The notes beneath the pieces were generated by a model. That model searched no databases and was not told where the DNA came from. It saw only the letters and a program-made list of their open reading frames with translations. A program made the translations under genes and the position numbers. A stretch of 26,226 nucleotides of DNA. It comes from Candidatus Beckwithbacteria bacterium (GTDB lineage: Bacteria > Patescibacteriota > Microgenomatia > UBA1400 > CG1-02-47-37). The stretch spans positions 1 to 26,226 of the forward strand of contig JAUYJQ010000018.1 in the NCBI GenBank assembly GCA_030699295.1, written 5' to 3'. Positions 25,944-26,226 of the stretch are shown one piece after another (the first letter of the stretch is position 1; each line of letters begins with the position of its first letter).

Positions 25944-25976
25944 TACTCAAGACAGATAAGGATTTCACTCTTCCGG

Positions 25977-26005
25977 TTGACGCGGCTGAGTAAAAAGAGT
26001 AATAT
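25977..26005 (+). promoter_or_regulatory. Sigma70 promoter candidate for the last gene
   Basis: TTGACG(25977-25982)-17 nt-TAATAT(26000-26005). Confidence 0.65.
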
Positions 26006-26140
26006 AGTTATATCGATAAATGGTGATCAGAAGATAAAAATGTTATCAAATCAAGCTAAATTAATCCTATCTTCGTTGGCTTCATCCCGAGAGTAATTCC
26101 GGGTTGTTTGCTGTCGCCATTTTCTTGAGAAAGAGGAACT

Positions 26141-26226
26141 ATGTCATTTTTAAGTCGTTTTAGTAATATTATGGCTGGCGGGCCGGCCCCGGCCGCCCCA
26201 AAAGTAAAAATTAAACCAGTCGCTCC
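26141..26226 (+). CDS. N-terminus of a gene cut by the window edge; possibly ribonuclease Y by synteny only
   Basis: MSFLSRFSNIMAGGPAPAAPKVKIKPVA..., preceded by SD-like AAGAGGA. The order recA-recX-rny is common, but no diagnostic motif is visible in 28 codons. Confidence 0.5.
   Translation, partial: MSFLSRFSNIMAGGPAPAAPKVKIKPVA

Noticed and set aside
1-26226. TGA-to-Gly recoding (genetic code 25)
   Set aside because: Conserved genes (rplP, rplN, rpoA) end at TGA at their expected C-termini, and no conserved gene needs in-frame TGA read-through.

Overview
This 26.2 kb bacterial window uses genetic code 11 (TGA is used as a stop, e.g. in rplN and rplP). It is dominated by a compact, heavily overlapping ribosomal superoperon: the 3' end of rpsG, then fusA-tuf, the S10 and spc clusters, secY-adk, and infA-rpmJ-rpsM-rpsK-rpsD-rpoA-rplQ-rplM-rpsI. 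The absence of rpmD (L30), shortened r-proteins and very tight gene packing suggest a Patescibacteria (CPR), probably Microgenomates-like, genome (inference). Accessory material sits in three places. (1) Between rpsG and fusA lie a frameshifted DedA/VTT remnant, an antisense hicB-hicA toxin-antitoxin pair with a palindromic operator candidate, and an orphan gene. (2) Between adk and infA lie an archaeal-like P-loop kinase with no canonical start codon, and an orphan whose candidate promoter has an (AG)8 microsatellite in the -35/-10 spacer. (3) After rpsI, a PD-(D/E)XK nuclease is coupled to a 4xCBS protein with an HPF/RaiA-like C-terminal domain (an archaeal Hib-like hibernation factor architecture). 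That pair is followed by three predicted exported proteins, a 44-aa membrane peptide, tRNA-Pro(GGG), recA-recX and the start of another gene. All calls come from motif recognition by eye; no database searches were run.
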